The position numbers were made by a program, and so were the translations under genes. A DNA stretch of 64,000 nt from Carcharhinus longimanus (taxonomy: Eukaryota), in the NCBI GenBank assembly GCA_030264375.1, contig JASCQW010000162.1:82428347-82492346 (forward strand), in the 5' to 3' direction. Numbering within the stretch: position 1 is the stretch's first letter; each line of letters opens with the position of its first letter. Below are positions 1 through 14,041 of the stretch, piece after piece. Under the pieces are notes generated by a model that saw only the letters and a list, made by a program, of their open reading frames with translations, made no database searches and was not told the DNA's origin.

Positions 1-535
1 TTAGTGACATGAAACGGTGGCTTTGGGAAGTACATTGAGATACTGTAGTCCCTGTTAAAGTGCCACGTTTATTGAAAACAGCTTTTCAATTTGGAAACAT
101 ATTTGTTTTGCTAAAATGACCTCATTTGTCTAATGCCAATGATTAACAGCCCACCCAACCCTCTTGATTTATAATTGTAGGGAATAAACTGTTAGCCCTC
201 GGATTGCCAGTCTATAATCTCCACTTGCAACCTTCCCTGCATGTGGTATTTCTTCATGGTCGTGTGTACAAGCAAATCTAAAGCCTGGCTCTATTTAGTT
301 TCTGGTGTTTAATGAGGTGGTGCACTTGTGTGGCAGTAGAGGGAAAGCTGACCCAATTCCAGTCACCCATGAATTTTTCTACAGTTGATGCGGTGGGAGA
401 TGGATGGGACCTCGTACACTGTTTCTGTGGCACTGCATTGGATGTCGGACTTTACCCACCCGGGCACTGAGCATACATTAGGAAAAACGTCCAGAGAGCC
501 CTATTGGATGTGTGTGTGTTTGTGAATTTGTCAAT

Positions 536-750
536 TGTAATTACATCTACAGTGGAAGGAACATGTCGAGAGGATCATGTGACCCAATGGGGAATGAGCA
601 TGGGGTCCTTGTGTCTGCATGCGGGCTTTTGCAGCCAGAGTGATCCTCGTGCTGTGGAATTAAGACATTATAGTTTGCTCTGTGTAAATGGTAATAAAAC
701 CATTCTTGTTCATTGCTCACTGGTGGTCACCAATCATTGCATTTACTACA
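536..750 (+). repeat. Possible short solo LTR (~215 bp)
   Basis: TGTAA...CTACA termini and AATAAA near 693. Flanks (caat, acat) are not a clean TSD. Confidence 0.4.
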
Positions 751-1392
751 ACATCCTTTTGAAATGAACAGTTATGGGGTGACAGTCATGTTTGGGAAAT
801 TTTACACTGAGCTATGGTGACGAGTAATGCAAATTAATTATATTTAAATACATCTGTGGTCAGAGAAACAGCAGTTGATGATCTAATATCAAATTTAAAG
901 CAATTTTGTCGCTCAAAGAATAGCTGACCACTTTTATCAAATGTTTGACCAGCAGAAGTTGAAGTGATACAGGTTGTGTTCTGCACATAAGAGGACAATA
1001 GGAAGCATTTACACTATTGGGCAAGAGATGCAGGGGGCATGTTAGTGAGACAGAACTTTTATTATACCATGAGTGGTGATGACTTGGACCAGCTGTCTGG
1101 GAGAGTGCTGGAAGTGAAGAATTGATGGACGCATGAAGGAATTAAACTTGCAGCGCTACAGAGATGCAGTATCGAAATGAGATGAACTGCTCCACGGAGA
1201 ACCAACACAGATTTGATGGCTGAAAGGGCTCCCTGTGGCATTGTGATACTCATGGTACCTTAAACCAACTTTGGAGTTCTCTCTATAGTTTCTGAACTAT
1301 CTATTTCTGGCATATTCTGAATTTCTTTCAAGTTTCCAATATTCTGAATTTTATGTCCCTGAAATAGAGGGGAATGCAGTCACCTAGTAGAA

Positions 1393-1868
1393 TTATCACT
1401 GGACTAGTAAAATAGAAACTTAGCGTAATGGTCTGGGGACCTGGATTCGAATCCCACCATGGCAGATAATGAAATTTTGAATTCAATAAAAATAAGTCTG
1501 GAACTAAACATTTAGTGACCATGAAACCATTGTTGTAAAAACCCATGTAGTTCACCTATGTCCTTTGGTTTCAAGAAGGAGATTTTTAAAAAAAAAATAA
1601 CAGGATATGGGGAATAGGTGGGGAGGTGGATTTGATACCAGGGAGAGATCAGCCATGATCTAATTGAATGGCGGAGCAGGCTCGAAGGGCTGAATCTGCC
1701 TACTTCTCCTAATTCTATGCTGGGGAAGGAAATATTCTGGCCTTACCTGGTCTGATCTACATATAGTTCCACGTCCACAGCAATGCCATTGACTCTTAAC
1801 AGCTCCCTCAAGGGCAATTACGGATGGGCAATAAATGCTGGCCCAGCCAGCAATGCCCACCTCCCATT
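1393..1868 (+). mobile_element. tRNA-derived SINE (family B) interrupted by a CR1 3' fragment (~1566-1720)
   Basis: B-box ggattcgaatccc; body and tail gggcaattacggatgggcaataaatgctggcc shared with 17885-18245 and 11595-11905. Confidence 0.75.
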
Positions 1869-2839
1869 GAAACCCAGTCCGAGTCGGGGTGCTCCATCCC
1901 TTTCCTATTGCCAGCATTTGGTACAAACGGCCCACCGGAAATTTGCAATCACAGGCATTTCCTCACTAGAAGCATTGAAATGTTGGTTGTGTCTTTCTGG
2001 TTCGAGATCTATTTAATGGGATTACGTCTGGGGATTGCACAGTTGGAATGAAGAAGTTGCAAAAGAATTATATTCAGCAGTCACTGGTCTAGTTTTAGGA
2101 CTCTTGTTTTTCTGAATGCAATACACCACTGTTGGTGATATTTTTCTTTTTCTTAAATATGCAGGAATAGATCACAGTAATGAGGCATTAGAGCAGAAAA
2201 AAAATTTCAGTAGGCTTTGTTTTCAGCTGTGCTTTATCACGTTTTCATCAATGCTTGTTTCTGATTAATATTTTATGTAAATGGTGCAGATGAATCTAAT
2301 TCGGGGACAGGAAATGCACAGGTGGAAGATGATGCGTGAACCAGTTCATCACTTTTTTAATATCCAGCCAACAAAGGCTCAGGAAGTGAGGATTGTTCAT
2401 GGTGTATTTCACTTCCACAAAAAGACGACGTAAAATCTCTTCTCTTATGCACCTATTTCCTGTCTGATTTAGCAAAATCAATATCGTGTTGACCTGCTAC
2501 CAGAATGCTAAACATTTAAGTTAACATTATAAATTGCTTGATTTTAGATTCATTTTCTCATTGGTTTGGGTGTCGGAGCACTGTACTGTTGTTGCCCAGC
2601 TTGGACTAGTCATGCTATTTGGTGAAACAGAAAAAATATTATTTTACTCTATGCTCAGTCCTATTTTTTGATTTCTTGATATGAATGGGTAAATTATCTG
2701 CTTGCTTTAAATTTATGTGGCTGGGTAATGGATTCTTGGTGACCCTTGAACATATTTTTGTTGCCAATTGGAATAAATGGAGTTATTTTTGAGAGATTGT
2801 GAACTGGGTCTATTTGACAATTAGTTTTCTAATCCAAAG

Positions 2840-3390
2840 AACAATACAGCACAGGACCAGGCCCTGCAGTCCACCAAGCCTGTGCTGATGCATGATTTCT
2901 ATCCCCCTGTTTCCTGTTCAAGTGTTTATTAAGATACACCTTGCCCATTGCTAACATGCCTGGTTCAACCACTTGCACTGGCAATGTGCTCCAGGCACCC
3001 ACCACCTCTGTGGGGAAAAACTTTGCCAGTACATCTCCCCAAATTTGCCACCTCTCACCTTAAACCGGTGCCCTCTTGCAGTCGACCCTTTCATCCTAAG
3101 AAAAAGCCTCTGATTTTCCACCATTATCTCTGCCTTTCATCATTTTTGTAGACTTCTGTTAGGTTGCCCCTCAGCCTCTGTCTTTCCAGTGAAAACAATC
3201 CAAGTTTATCCAACCTCTCCATATATGTAAAACCCTCCAGCCCAAGCAACATCTTGGCAAACCTTCTTTACGTCCTCTCCAAAGCATCCATGTCCTTCTG
3301 GTAGTGCAGTAACTAGAACTGCACACAATATTCCAAATGCAGCCTAACTAAATGTTTTAAACAGCTGTAACATAACTTGTTAACTTTTAT
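2840..3390 (-). mobile_element. CR1/HER1 LINE 3' fragment
   Basis: aagaacaatacagcacagg tail and cacaatattccaaatg ORF2 C-terminal motif shared with other copies. Confidence 0.75.
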
Positions 3391-3704
3391 TTTGGCTACG
3401 CACTTTTCAGAGGTTGTATGTTCCAACTTGGGGCCCCAAATCTGTCTTTTGCTAATTTATCTTGCCACCTAGTTGTTGGGTCTGAATATTCAAAGCTCAA
3501 TTGAGTCAATTTGATTTTTGCCAGTAGCAACTTTCTGCTTGTTCAACATCAATAAATCACGATTTTTCTTTTGCTTATCCACGTAAGGGGGGGTCCCTTT
3601 GATATAACCATTTGAAGCAGTCATTTATAAAATGGTTTTTCAGTGCAAAAGTATGCCACATGACAATGTTAGTAATTGTAAAACTAGATGGGGTAACCAG
3701 AATC

Positions 3705-4825
3705 TGTAATACCTATCAATAGAATAACGGCATCCCTATTAATGACTTTGAAGGGATTGAGTGTACTGTGGCCAAATTTGCTGATGATACAAAGATAGGT
3801 AGGAGGCAAGTTGTGAGGAGAATACAGTGTCTTTTTAGGGATTGATTGTAAGTAGACAAGCAATTTGGCTGATGGGATGCAATGTGGGGAAAATGTGGGG
3901 TTGTCCACTTTGGTAGGGAAAAAAAGCAAAATATTAGTTAAATGGAAAGAGATGGCAGAATGCTATGGTGTAGAGGGATTTGGGTATCCTTGTAAATGAA
4001 TCACAAAATGTTGGTATGCAGGTATGATAATTTGGAAAGCAAATGGAATGTTTCCTGGTGGTGGTGAAGTGTAGAAGTAGTGAAATCTTGCTACAGCTGC
4101 AACAGGACATTGGTGAGACCACATCTGGAGTACTTTATACAGTTTTGATCTCCTTATTTAAGAGGGATATACTTGTATTGGAGGTAAATGAGGTTGATTA
4201 TGTTGGTTCCTGGTGAAGGGGTACTCCTTCAAGGAAATGTTAAGTATTTTGGGTGGGTCTTTACTCATTGGGGTTTAGAGATGATAGCATGAGAGATGAT
4301 CTTACTAAATGTACATGATTCCAAAAGGGTTTGATGGGGTAGTTGCTGAGTGGCTGTTCCTTATCATGGGGGAATGTAGGGCCAGAGAGCACAGTTTCAC
4401 AATAATGTTTCCCATTTAAGACAGGGATGAGAAGGATTGAAGAGGACCCTCTTAGAGGATGATTAGTCTTTGGAATTCTCTTCCATTGAGAGCTGTGGAG
4501 ACTAGGTCATTGAATATATTCAAGGCTGAAGTAAATGAGATTTTTGATCTACGAGGGAGTCGAGAGTTATGGGGAGCAAGTAGAGGAATCATAGAATCCT
4601 TACAGTACAGAAAGAGGCCACTCAGCCCATCAATTCTGCACTGACCACAATCCCACCCAGATCCCCACGCTTTTACCAACCAATCCCTCTAACATACGCA
4701 TTTCAGGACACTAAGGGCAATTTTTAGCTTGGACAAAAGTGGAGCTAAGGGTGCAATCAGATCGGCCATGACAGAATTGTGGAGCAGACTCAAGAGGCTA
4801 AATGGCCTACTCCTCCTGTATGTTC
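3705..4825 (+). mobile_element. Decayed CR1 LINE (RT to 3' UTR) with an HE1-like SINE tail inserted at ~4586-4730
   Basis: INDF...KFADDT motif (aaatttgctgatgatac at 3774), LVRPHLEY-like sequence and CR1 3' UTR. Confidence 0.8.
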
Positions 4826-5081
4826 TAGTGTTTTCAATGATATCGGTTATACACTCAGTTGTCCATGAACTGACTGCCTGGGCTTCCTGCCATGATGGAG
4901 TAGCTACATAAATTATCTCCCAAAGTGAAAACACTAAAAATTAATACTGAATTAATCCCAGCCACAAAGAGGAAAACTACCCCAACTACAGTTGTTGTTG
5001 AGCCTAATAAAAATGAGACAGGTTTTGTGACACATTCAGCTATGTTAAGTTAAACACTGGCCTTGTTCATCTGCCTTAAGT

Positions 5082-5178
5082 AAAAAGGAAATCCTGTAAA
5101 CACTCAGCAGGCCAGGCAGCATCTGTGGACAGAGAAACTGAGTTAACATTTCAGATCAATGGTGACCCTTAATCAGAA
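5082..5178 (-). mobile_element. Penelope-type terminal repeat fragment with degenerate hammerhead core
   Basis: Minus strand reads CTGATTA-AGGGTC-accatt-GATCT-GAAATGTTAAC, then tctgtccacagatgctgcc; same family as 37103-37240. Confidence 0.55.
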
Positions 5179-5283
5179 TAGAATCATTGAAAGAATGTTT
5201 ACAATAAAAAATAAAGAAGCCAGCAAAATCCTACATTGGATCTCTGACTTGTTGATTTCATGTAAGATTTCCTCAGAGACCAT

Positions 5284-5410
5284 GGGTGAGATTTTCTGGC
5301 TGTGCTCACCCCAAAACCAGAAAATCCTGCCCAAGGGCAATACAGTTTTGCATGGTCTGCCCTCTGCCTGGTACGATTCCCATGGTGGGCAAGCTGGGAA
5401 AATTCCCCTC
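5284..5410. mobile_element. Short MITE-like element (~125 bp)
   Basis: Imperfect terminal inverted repeats gggtgagattttc and gaaaattcccctc; homologous to 14042-14168. Confidence 0.65.
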
Positions 5411-5595
5411 AACTTCGGATGAATGTTTGGCAATAAAATAGGGATTGATAAATCCAATTTATCTGTCAGACTTCTCGTGGTTGACTTCCTTGGAATAGAG
5501 GAAGATGAGGGATGACAATTACGGCGTGTAAAATTGGGTGGCCTAGATAGTGAAAAAGGTATGGCTTATATAACTTGGTTCAAAAACCAAGGGGC

Positions 5596-6073
5596 ATCAT
5601 AAAGTCAGAGGTTTATAGCATGGAAACAGACCCAACCTTGTCCTTGCTGCCAGTTTATACCATTAATCAATTGTCTGCATTTGATCCATACCCTCTATAC
5701 CAATCTTACCCACATAACTGTCTAAATACTACTTAAAAGACAATTGTACCCGTCACTACTACTGCTTCTGACAGCTCATTCCAGACACTCCCCATCCTCT
5801 GAAAAAATTGCCCCTCTCTGGACCTTTTTGTGTATCTCCCCTTTCACCTTAAACCTATGCCCTCTAGTTTTAGACTCCCCACCTTTGGGAAAGGATATTA
5901 ACTATCTACCTTATCTTTTATAAACCTCTGATAGATCATCCCTTAGCCTCCTATTCTCCAGGGGAAAAAAGTCCCATCTATCCAGCCTCTCTAACTTAAG
6001 TCATCAAGTTCTGGTAGCTTCTAGTAAATCTTCTCTGCAGGCTTTCTAGTTTAATATCCTTCCTATAATAGGC

Positions 6074-6104
<31 letters not shown>

Positions 6105-7740
6105 AGCTTTACTAATGTTTTGTGCAACTTCGACTCCCGTGTTCAATGTTCTGACCAATGAAACTAAGCATGCCAGATGATTTCTTCATTATCCTGTCCA
6201 CCTGTAACTCCACTTTCAAGGAGCTATGAACTGGTATCCCTAGATCCCTTTGTTCCATAACTCTTCCCAATGCCCTACCATTAACTGAGTAAGTCCTGCC
6301 CTAGTTCAATCTACCAAAATGCAATACCTCTCATTTATCTAAATGAAACTTCATTAGCCCACTAGCTCCATTGATCAAGATCCTGTTGCAATCCTAGACA
6401 ACCACCTTCATTGTCCACTGTCACTATGCCTCTTAAATTCTCATCCATTATCATTAATGTAAATAAGTGACCAGCACTGATCCCTGAGGCACACCACTGG
6501 TCACAAGCCACAGTTTGGAAAAACAACCCTTTACAACCATCCTCTGGCTTCTGTCATCAAGCCAATTTTGTATCCAATTGGCTGCCTCATTCTGGATCCC
6601 ATGAGATTTAACCTTATGCAACAATCTACCATGCGGTACCTTGTCAAAGGTCTTGCTAAAGTCCATGTAGACAACATTGACTGCACTGCCCTCGTCTACC
6701 TTGGTTATCTCTTCAAAAAACTCAATCAAGTTTGTGAGACATGATTTGCCACTCTCAAAGCTATGCTAACTGTCCCTAATCAGTCCTTACCCCTCTAAAT
6801 GCCTGAAGATCCTGTCTCTCAGAATACCTTCGAACGACTTACCCACTTACAGATGTTAGTAGTTCCCAGGCTTTCCCCTACAGCCCTCCTTAAACAAGGC
6901 ACAATATTTTCCACCCTCCGATCTTCAAGCACCTCACTGTGGCTGTTGATAATTCAAATATCTCTGCTAGGGGACCCGTTTTATCCTCCCTAGATTCCCC
7001 ACAACATCCTCAGATACACTTCATCACGACCTGCGGATTTACCTACATTTGTGCTTTAAGCTTCCAGTAATATGTACATTCCTCAAGACATCCCTATTCC
7101 CCAAGTTCCCTAACACCCATGCCTTTCTCGACAGTAAATACTGATGAGAAATGTTCATTTAGGATCTTGTCCATCTCTTGTGGATCTGCCCATAGATGAC
7201 ATCGTTGCTCCATAAGAGGCTGTACTCTCTCCCTTGTTACTCTTTTGCCACTTATGAATTTGTAGAAGCCCTTTGGATTTTCCATTGCCTTATCTGCCAG
7301 AGCAATCTTGTGTCCCTTTTTTGCCCTCCTGATTTATCTTTTAACTCTACTCTGACACCCTCTATACTTCCAAGGGATCCACTTGATCCCAGTTGCCCAT
7401 ACATCTCTTGTGCTGCCTCCTTCTTCTTGATCATGGCCTCAATATCTGAGTCAGACAAGTTTTCCTACTTCTACCAGCCTTGCTCTTCTCTCTGAAGAAT
7501 GTGCTTATCCTGAACCCTGGTTAACATACTTTTTTGAAAGTCTCCCATTTACCACACATCCCTTTGCCTGCCAACAGACTCCCCCAATTAACTTTTCCTG
7601 TCTAATATCATCAAAATTGGCCTTGCTCCAATTTAGAATTTTAACTTTTGGGCCAGACCTATCATTATAGTTGTTTTAAAACCAATGGGATTATACTCAC
7701 TGGTCCTAAAGTTATCCCTCACAAACACTTGTCATCTGCC
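5596..7740 (-). mobile_element. CR1/HER1 LINE, ~2.1 kb ORF2 remnant
   Basis: ORF 6454-6729 gives LIEFFEE...VYMDFSKTFDKVPHGRLL...GVPQGSVL (RT). ORF 7094-7285 gives ENPKGFYKFI...LNEHFSSVFT. Confidence 0.92.
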
Positions 7741-8179
7741 CGCCCTTATTTCACAAAAGGGGATCAAATTTTGCCCTCCATTCTGGATACGTGAACTTTA
7801 TTTCATTGCCAGGAACATGCTTTGGAATGTTAATGGTCATAAAAATATTACGTTGAATGATTGTTTTGATTAAACCTCTTGTTGAGGAGCCAATTCATTT
7901 TTTTTCTCCAAGGATTTACTTGAAATTGCACTGCAAGGAATATGCCTCTGCAAATATTTGAAAATGGCAATTTTTTTACTGAATACTGCTGGATAATGCT
8001 CAAAATTAATATATTCTTGAGTTATAATAGGCACACCAATGATGCCAATACTAGCAAATGATTACCTGCAAGTGAAATATTATTTTATCATTATCTTTCT
8101 ATTTATTAAAAGGTTATAAAAAGAATTCTAACATTTTCAGTTGCTGCCAGCTTTTGCTTAAAATCCTGTTAACTTTTCC

Positions 8180-8570
8180 CATGACATGCTTGCTAGCAAC
8201 AATGAGGGTGATCATCTTGGCTCCCATGTCCAACCAGCATTGAAAGGATGCTGCTCTCCTCCTAATGTCAAAGGCAATGATTAAAAATAAAAACAATGGC
8301 ATTATTTGAAGAGGAGCAAAGAGTTTCCCCAGTGTCCTTTTGATCTTCCTCTTCAATCAACTCGATCGAACAAGATGGACTGCTTTCTCAAATCAGTGTC
8401 ATTTCTGAGAACTAGCTACCTGCAAACTGGCTACTGCACTTGCTCACAAAGCCAAAACAACATTGATTGTTTCATAATTAATATAGCTATCTCAATGATT
8501 GGCCATATGCATGGAAGAGGTTTTAATTGTATGTTCACAAAGCTTAGATGGACAAGAGCTCATCTATAAA
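8180..8570 (+). mobile_element. Old DeuSINE-like (SacSINE1/AmnSINE-type) fragment
   Basis: gaagaggagcaaagagtttccccagtgtcc...ttcctcttcaatcaac...caaactggct matches the central domain seen at 61640-62140. Confidence 0.5.
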
Positions 8571-8599
8571 ATTCTTTTGATGTCTCAAGGAGCCTCAAC

Positions 8600-9420
8600 A
8601 AACAAATTTGGAACCAAGCCTTGCAAAGGTGATATTAGTAGAGAGGACCAAAGGCTTGTTTTAAGGAACTTTTTTTGAGGGGGGGGGGCAGTGGTGGGGT
8701 TAGGGATGGAATTCCTGGTAGCTGATGCCACAATCACTAATGATGGAGTATCTAATGTTAAGATTTAGTATTGCTCAGGATGGCAATTTTGGAGGACACA
8801 GATATTGGAGGGTTGAAACAAATTGAAAGGAAGGAGCAAATCCATGGAGAACTTTGAAAACGAATGAGAATTTTAAAATCAAAATGTTGCTTTAATTGAA
8901 AATCAGTATGGTCAGTGAGCGCAGGGTGATGGGGTGAATACGTGGTGGCGTGAGCTGCAGCAAATGCAGCAGAGTTTAGGATGACCCTGAGCTTACGGGG
9001 ATAGAATTTGGGCCAGCCAGGGGATACAATGAAATAGTCAATTCCAGATATAACAAAGGCACAGACAAGAACAAGGGTGGGTTGGAGTTGGGCCAAGTTA
9101 GAACGAGAGCTGTGTGGATTTAGTGATGGAGTGGATATGTTATCAACCGGTCGGTTCAGGGCACCAAGGTTGTGAACAGTTTGGTTCAATGTCAGACAGT
9201 TACCAGGGATAGAGATGGAATCTGTAGCTAGAAAAGGTTTGTGGTCCAGTTTTCAGAAAATGTTGGTGAAGGCTAGTGAGTGGATGAGAAATAGGAGGGG
9301 GCCAAAGATGGATCCTTTTGGCACCAGAGGTAATGCTGCACTAGTGGGAAGAGAAACCATTGCTACAACTGGATAGATAAAAATGGAGCCAAATCACTGA
9401 AATCTTACCCAGCTGGTAAC
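8600..9420 (-). mobile_element. Decayed L2-like LINE fragment
   Basis: ORF 8758-9189 gives NQTVHNLG...LVCAFVISGIDY...LNSAA...HFDFKILI, the L2 ORF2 C-terminal signature. Confidence 0.75.
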
Positions 9421-9666
9421 AGCAGAGAGATGATAAAGATGCTGCAGTTAAACTTGGCAAGTAGGGGAGCAGTTGAAAACTGTTAAATAGAAAACTGTTC
9501 CATTCAGAGAGAAGCTGGCTTATTTTCTCTCTTTCCACTTTTTGTTTTCCGAAATGCCAATGAGAAAACACAATTTGACCCAACACTATTGCATTGAGCT
9601 AGCTGTTTGCTATTTGCTGCTTAGCTGTTCATCCCCAAGCCAACCTTGGGACACATGGGCATTTCA

Positions 9667-9970
9667 CAGAATCATGGAATCCTACAGTGCAGGAGGATGC
9701 CATTCAGCCCATCGAGTCTGCACCGACCACAATCCCTCCCAGGCCCTGTCCCCACAACCTGATGCATTTCACCTAGCTAGTCCCTCTGACACTAAGGGGC
9801 AATTTAGCGTGGCCAATCCACCTAACCCGCATATGTTTGGACTGTGGGAGGAAACCAGACCACCTGGAGGAAACCCATGCAAAGACACAGAATGTGAAAA
9901 CTTTGCACACTGTGACCCAACCCAGGTCCCTGGAGTTGTGATGCAACAGTGCTGACCGCTGTGCTGCCCG
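9667..9970 (-). mobile_element. HE1-like V-SINE (family A, HER1-type tail)
   Basis: tRNA-like head, V-domain (ggtttcctcccacagtccaaa...ggttaggtggattggcc) and gattccatgattct tail. Confidence 0.9.
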
Positions 9971-10779
9971 TTTCTTGCAACCTATCATAGTTGGGAAGCC
10001 AATTAACTCTGAGAATACTCCCAGTTGACACTGGTCTTAAAAGGGACATTGCACAAAAAGAAAATAGGATTTTGCCAAAGCACAGCTTTTCCAAAATAAC
10101 CTTGGTTATTGCAGGATGAAGTAAGGTAAATGGTAACAAGATATGAAGCCATTTTTGAGGTTAATGGAGTTGAGATGTGTTTTTCAACCTTGATCTAATT
10201 AAATAGGAGAACAGAGATGTTCTGCAGATAGACTGAATGGTACACTTCTGGAAACATCAAAAATAGAAGCAGGAGTAGGCCCCTCAGTCCCTCTAGCCTG
10301 TTCCACCATTCAATATGATCATAACTGATCCTAATTTCCTGTGGTATGAGGAGAATCTGAATGTGAAATGGACAAAACTTAGACTGCTGATTAATTAAAA
10401 GTTAAGAGAACAAGCTGTTTTTGTCTGCTTTGACTAGAGTGCTCACCTTTCCATGTTCTGGAAGATACATGGGCTGCATACCCCATTCTCATAATGAGCA
10501 GTTTAATGGTAACTAATGTACTGCTAGAGATTTTGACTATCCCTTCTAGATGAGGTATACAGTATATGGTTTTGCAAACTCTGGCATGGGCCACTGTCCT
10601 TGGAGGGCTTGAAGTTTTCCTAGGCATTTGGCATTGTTATACTGCCACATTTACAGTTTTCCCTTCTAAATTGATACGAAAGTGGCATTGCAAATACTGC
10701 ACGAATTTCTCATCTCCAGAATGATTTCTCCTGCTTGGCTGAATGATGGGGAGGCTCAGAATGTAAGTGCAAATAAAAA

Positions 10780-12240
10780 AGCAAGGTTGAACCATATGCA
10801 ACCATCTTCAGCCAGTGTTAAATGAATAGTTTATCTTCGCCTCTTCCTGAAATCCATGCGTAATAACTGCTGATCCTCAGCCGATTCAGTTCACGCCACA
10901 CAATATTAAGAAATGGCTAAATGCAATGGATATAACAAAGTTTGTGAGGCTTAACTTCACATTTGTAGCATTAAAAACTTTGTGCTCCAAACCTGAGTCC
11001 AGCTGTTCTAGTACAGTTATTGGCTCAGGCAGATGCCAATACAATCTATCCATCAGTGTATACAAGTCTACTCTCCAGTCACCAATGAAGTGATGAAAGG
11101 GGTCCTTGACAGTGCTAACAAGTGGCATTTACTCGATAATAGCTTGCTCACCATTATTCAGTTTCAGTTCCTCCACATACACTCTGCTCTAGACCTCTTT
11201 CAACCTTGGTCCAAAAAAGCTGAATGCTAGAGATATGGTGAGAATGACTGCCCTTGTCATTCGAACACTTCAGTGTGGCACCAAGGAGCCCTAGTATGAC
11301 TGAAGTCAACAGGAATTGATGGGAAAATTCTCCTCTGGTTGGAGTTAAACCTAACCCAAGGGAAGGTGGTCATGGTTGTTGGTGACTAGTCATCTCTGCT
11401 ATGGGATATTGCTGGAGTTTCTCAAGATAGTGTCTTGAATCCAACCATCTTCAGCTGCTTCGTCAATGACCTTCCCTCCATTGTAAGATCAGAAGTAGGC
11501 ATTATAGCACGATGTTCAGTGTCATCTACCACTTCTTCGCAATTGAAGTGTTCTGCCCATTCGCACCTGGGCAACATTCAGACTTGAGCTAATTTTAAAA
11601 AAATAAATTGGCAATGTTTACATTACCGGCAGGACCAGCATTTATATAGCCTTTAAACAGAGTGGTATTTAAGTCGCAAATAGGCCAGACCAGATAAGGA
11701 TGGCAGATTTCCTTTCCTAATAGACAATAGTGAAGCAGATGGGTTTTTACAACAATCAACAATGGTTTCATGGTCACCATCGGACTTTAATTCCAGATCT
11801 CTTATTTCACTATCTGCCATGGTGGGATTTCAACCCCAGTCCCCAGAGCCATCTGTGTTTCTGGATTACTAGTCCAGTGACAAAGCCTCTATGCCATCGC
11901 CTCTCCATGGCAAACAATATGTAGCAAGTAAGCCAGGTAATAACCATCTCTAGCAGGAGAGAGAATCTAGCCATCTCCCCTTGATGTTCCAAGTATTTCC
12001 ATCACTGAATCTCTCCCCATCAACATCCTGGGAGTCACCGCTGACCAGCAACTATACAAGGCAAACCATATTAAGAGTGTGGCTGCAAGCACAGATGAGA
12101 GGCTGGGAATTCTGTGGTGGATAACTCCCTTCCTTATTCCCAAAACCTGTCCACCAAATCAGGAGCGGGACAGAACATATCCACTTGCCTGGAAGAATGC
12201 AGCTCAAATAACCTTTTAAGGCCACAATCCAGATCAACAC
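10780..12240 (+). mobile_element. Decayed CR1-group LINE (family B) RT region, interrupted by an inverted family-B SINE at ~11595-11905
   Basis: gcccttgtcatt...gtgtggcaccaaggagccct and ccaaccatcttcagctgcttcgtcaatgaccttccc (PTIFSCFVNDLP); homologous to 31600-31890. Confidence 0.75.
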
Positions 12241-13039
12241 TTAATGCCTCAAAATATCCCTCCAAATATGGGTCAACTTGTATAACCCAAGTATATGTGA
12301 ACTGCTGGCATGGGTGGTTGCCATATTGAAATGTCATCAGCATCCAGTACAAACAATGGGTGTGTCAGAAATTCTGGTGCACCTTTGCACCATAATCCAC
12401 CTGTATCTTCTGCTTTCTTCCATCCAGCTACAACATACTGCTAAGTAAAACATTCATTTATGGTGTGAAACACTGAGGCTGACCATTTCTAATGCAAGTA
12501 TAGTGGTGATTTAAAACAAAAGCCTAGGCTAGTGAGTGGCTCTCCTCCATCTCAGTGGGCTGCAGGAGTGAAATCGGGCTTGTTTGCTAACCATGACCAT
12601 ATGCATAAAATTCAATACATGCCAAATTTTTCATAAGTTGGAGAAAATGATTATTTGTACATGAATAAAACTATCAATTTCAAATGGTAAAAGTATTTGT
12701 ACTTTGAGTGCAGAGGGAGTGCATGGTTCTCACAGTCTATGTTGTGTGCAATTAACATGCTCTTCACTTCACTTGCCTTTCTTTTATGTGCATACCACTT
12801 CAGTTATACTGATGGAGAATGAAACTGTGGTTTGAATCTAGCGAAATGTCTCCTGGGCTGCACTCAGAATCCAGATGAGGCCCTGGGCCACAGATTGCCT
12901 GCCTCTAGAGAACAGCTGAAAAGAAGTGTTGAGTTGTATGCTGAGTGTGCAAAAACATGACTTTTGGGGGCATAAAAAATGGCTGTCATATACACTAGGT
13001 CGATTTAAATACCACAATTTATGATGAGCGTTGCATGGG

Positions 13040-13375
13040 GAGGCACAGTGATTAGCACTGCTGTCTCATAGCACCAGGGGCCCAGGTTTCATTCCAGCCT
13101 TGGGTGGCTGGGTGGAGATTGCATGTTCTCCTCAATTCTGTGTGGGTGTCCTCTGGCTGCTCCAGTTTCCTCCCATATTTCCCCATACTCCCATATAAAG
13201 ATATGCCCGTTAGGTGGATTGGCCGTGCTAAATTGCCCCTTAGCATCCCAAGATGTGTAGGTTATGGGGATTGGCAGGGTAAATATGTGGGGTTATGGTG
13301 ATAGGGCCTGGGCAAGATGCTCTGGAGCAGTGGTGTAGACGCGATGAATCCTCCTGTTCTATCGGGGTTCAATGA
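13040..13375 (+). mobile_element. HE1-like V-SINE
   Basis: ggcacagtgattagcactgctg head, V-domain and tail. Confidence 0.85.
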
Positions 13376-14041
13376 CTTGATTGTGATTTCATAACTGGAA
13401 CACTAAGGGACAATTTAGCACAGCCAATCTGCCTAACTGGCATATCTTTGAAGTATGGGAGGAGACTGGAGTTTTCCTCAGTTACACATAGCATTCTGCA
13501 CCTATTAGCATTAAAGTAATTATGCCTCATTTAACTTTTGTTCAGCTAGACATATAAAGGGACCAACGTTAATTACACAAGGTGAAAATGTGATTACACT
13601 TGATTATTAATACACAACAAATCACTTTGAAGTTGGTTAATGAAAAAAGAATTCACAATCACCGCACTCCCCATGATTTCTCCAGCACAAATTACTTTCT
13701 CGAGTTTTTCTTAAGTGATTTGCAATATCAATATTTTTTGAACTTTAATTAGGCACACTCAGATGGTTGTGATAATTACTTGCTTTGTCAGCCATGAGGT
13801 CACAATTACCATGAAGAAACCACAACTAACAAAAGAATTCTAAAATTACATAAGCCTAATATTCATTCAATGTCCATGCTTTATTCAGCCCTGCTGCACT
13901 GATGAGCACTGAGAACTTAAACTCCTCCTCAGTGTCGCTCTTGTCAAAATGGCAATGCCATTTTAAAAAAAAATTGAATTTCACTGGGTTTTTTGGGTAC
14001 TGTAACTCATGGTGTACAAGTCGACCAGTATATAAGGCAAT

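Noticed and set aside
9542-10139. Recurring ORFs such as MANPPNPHIFGLWEETR
   Set aside because: Chance translations of V-SINE sequence.
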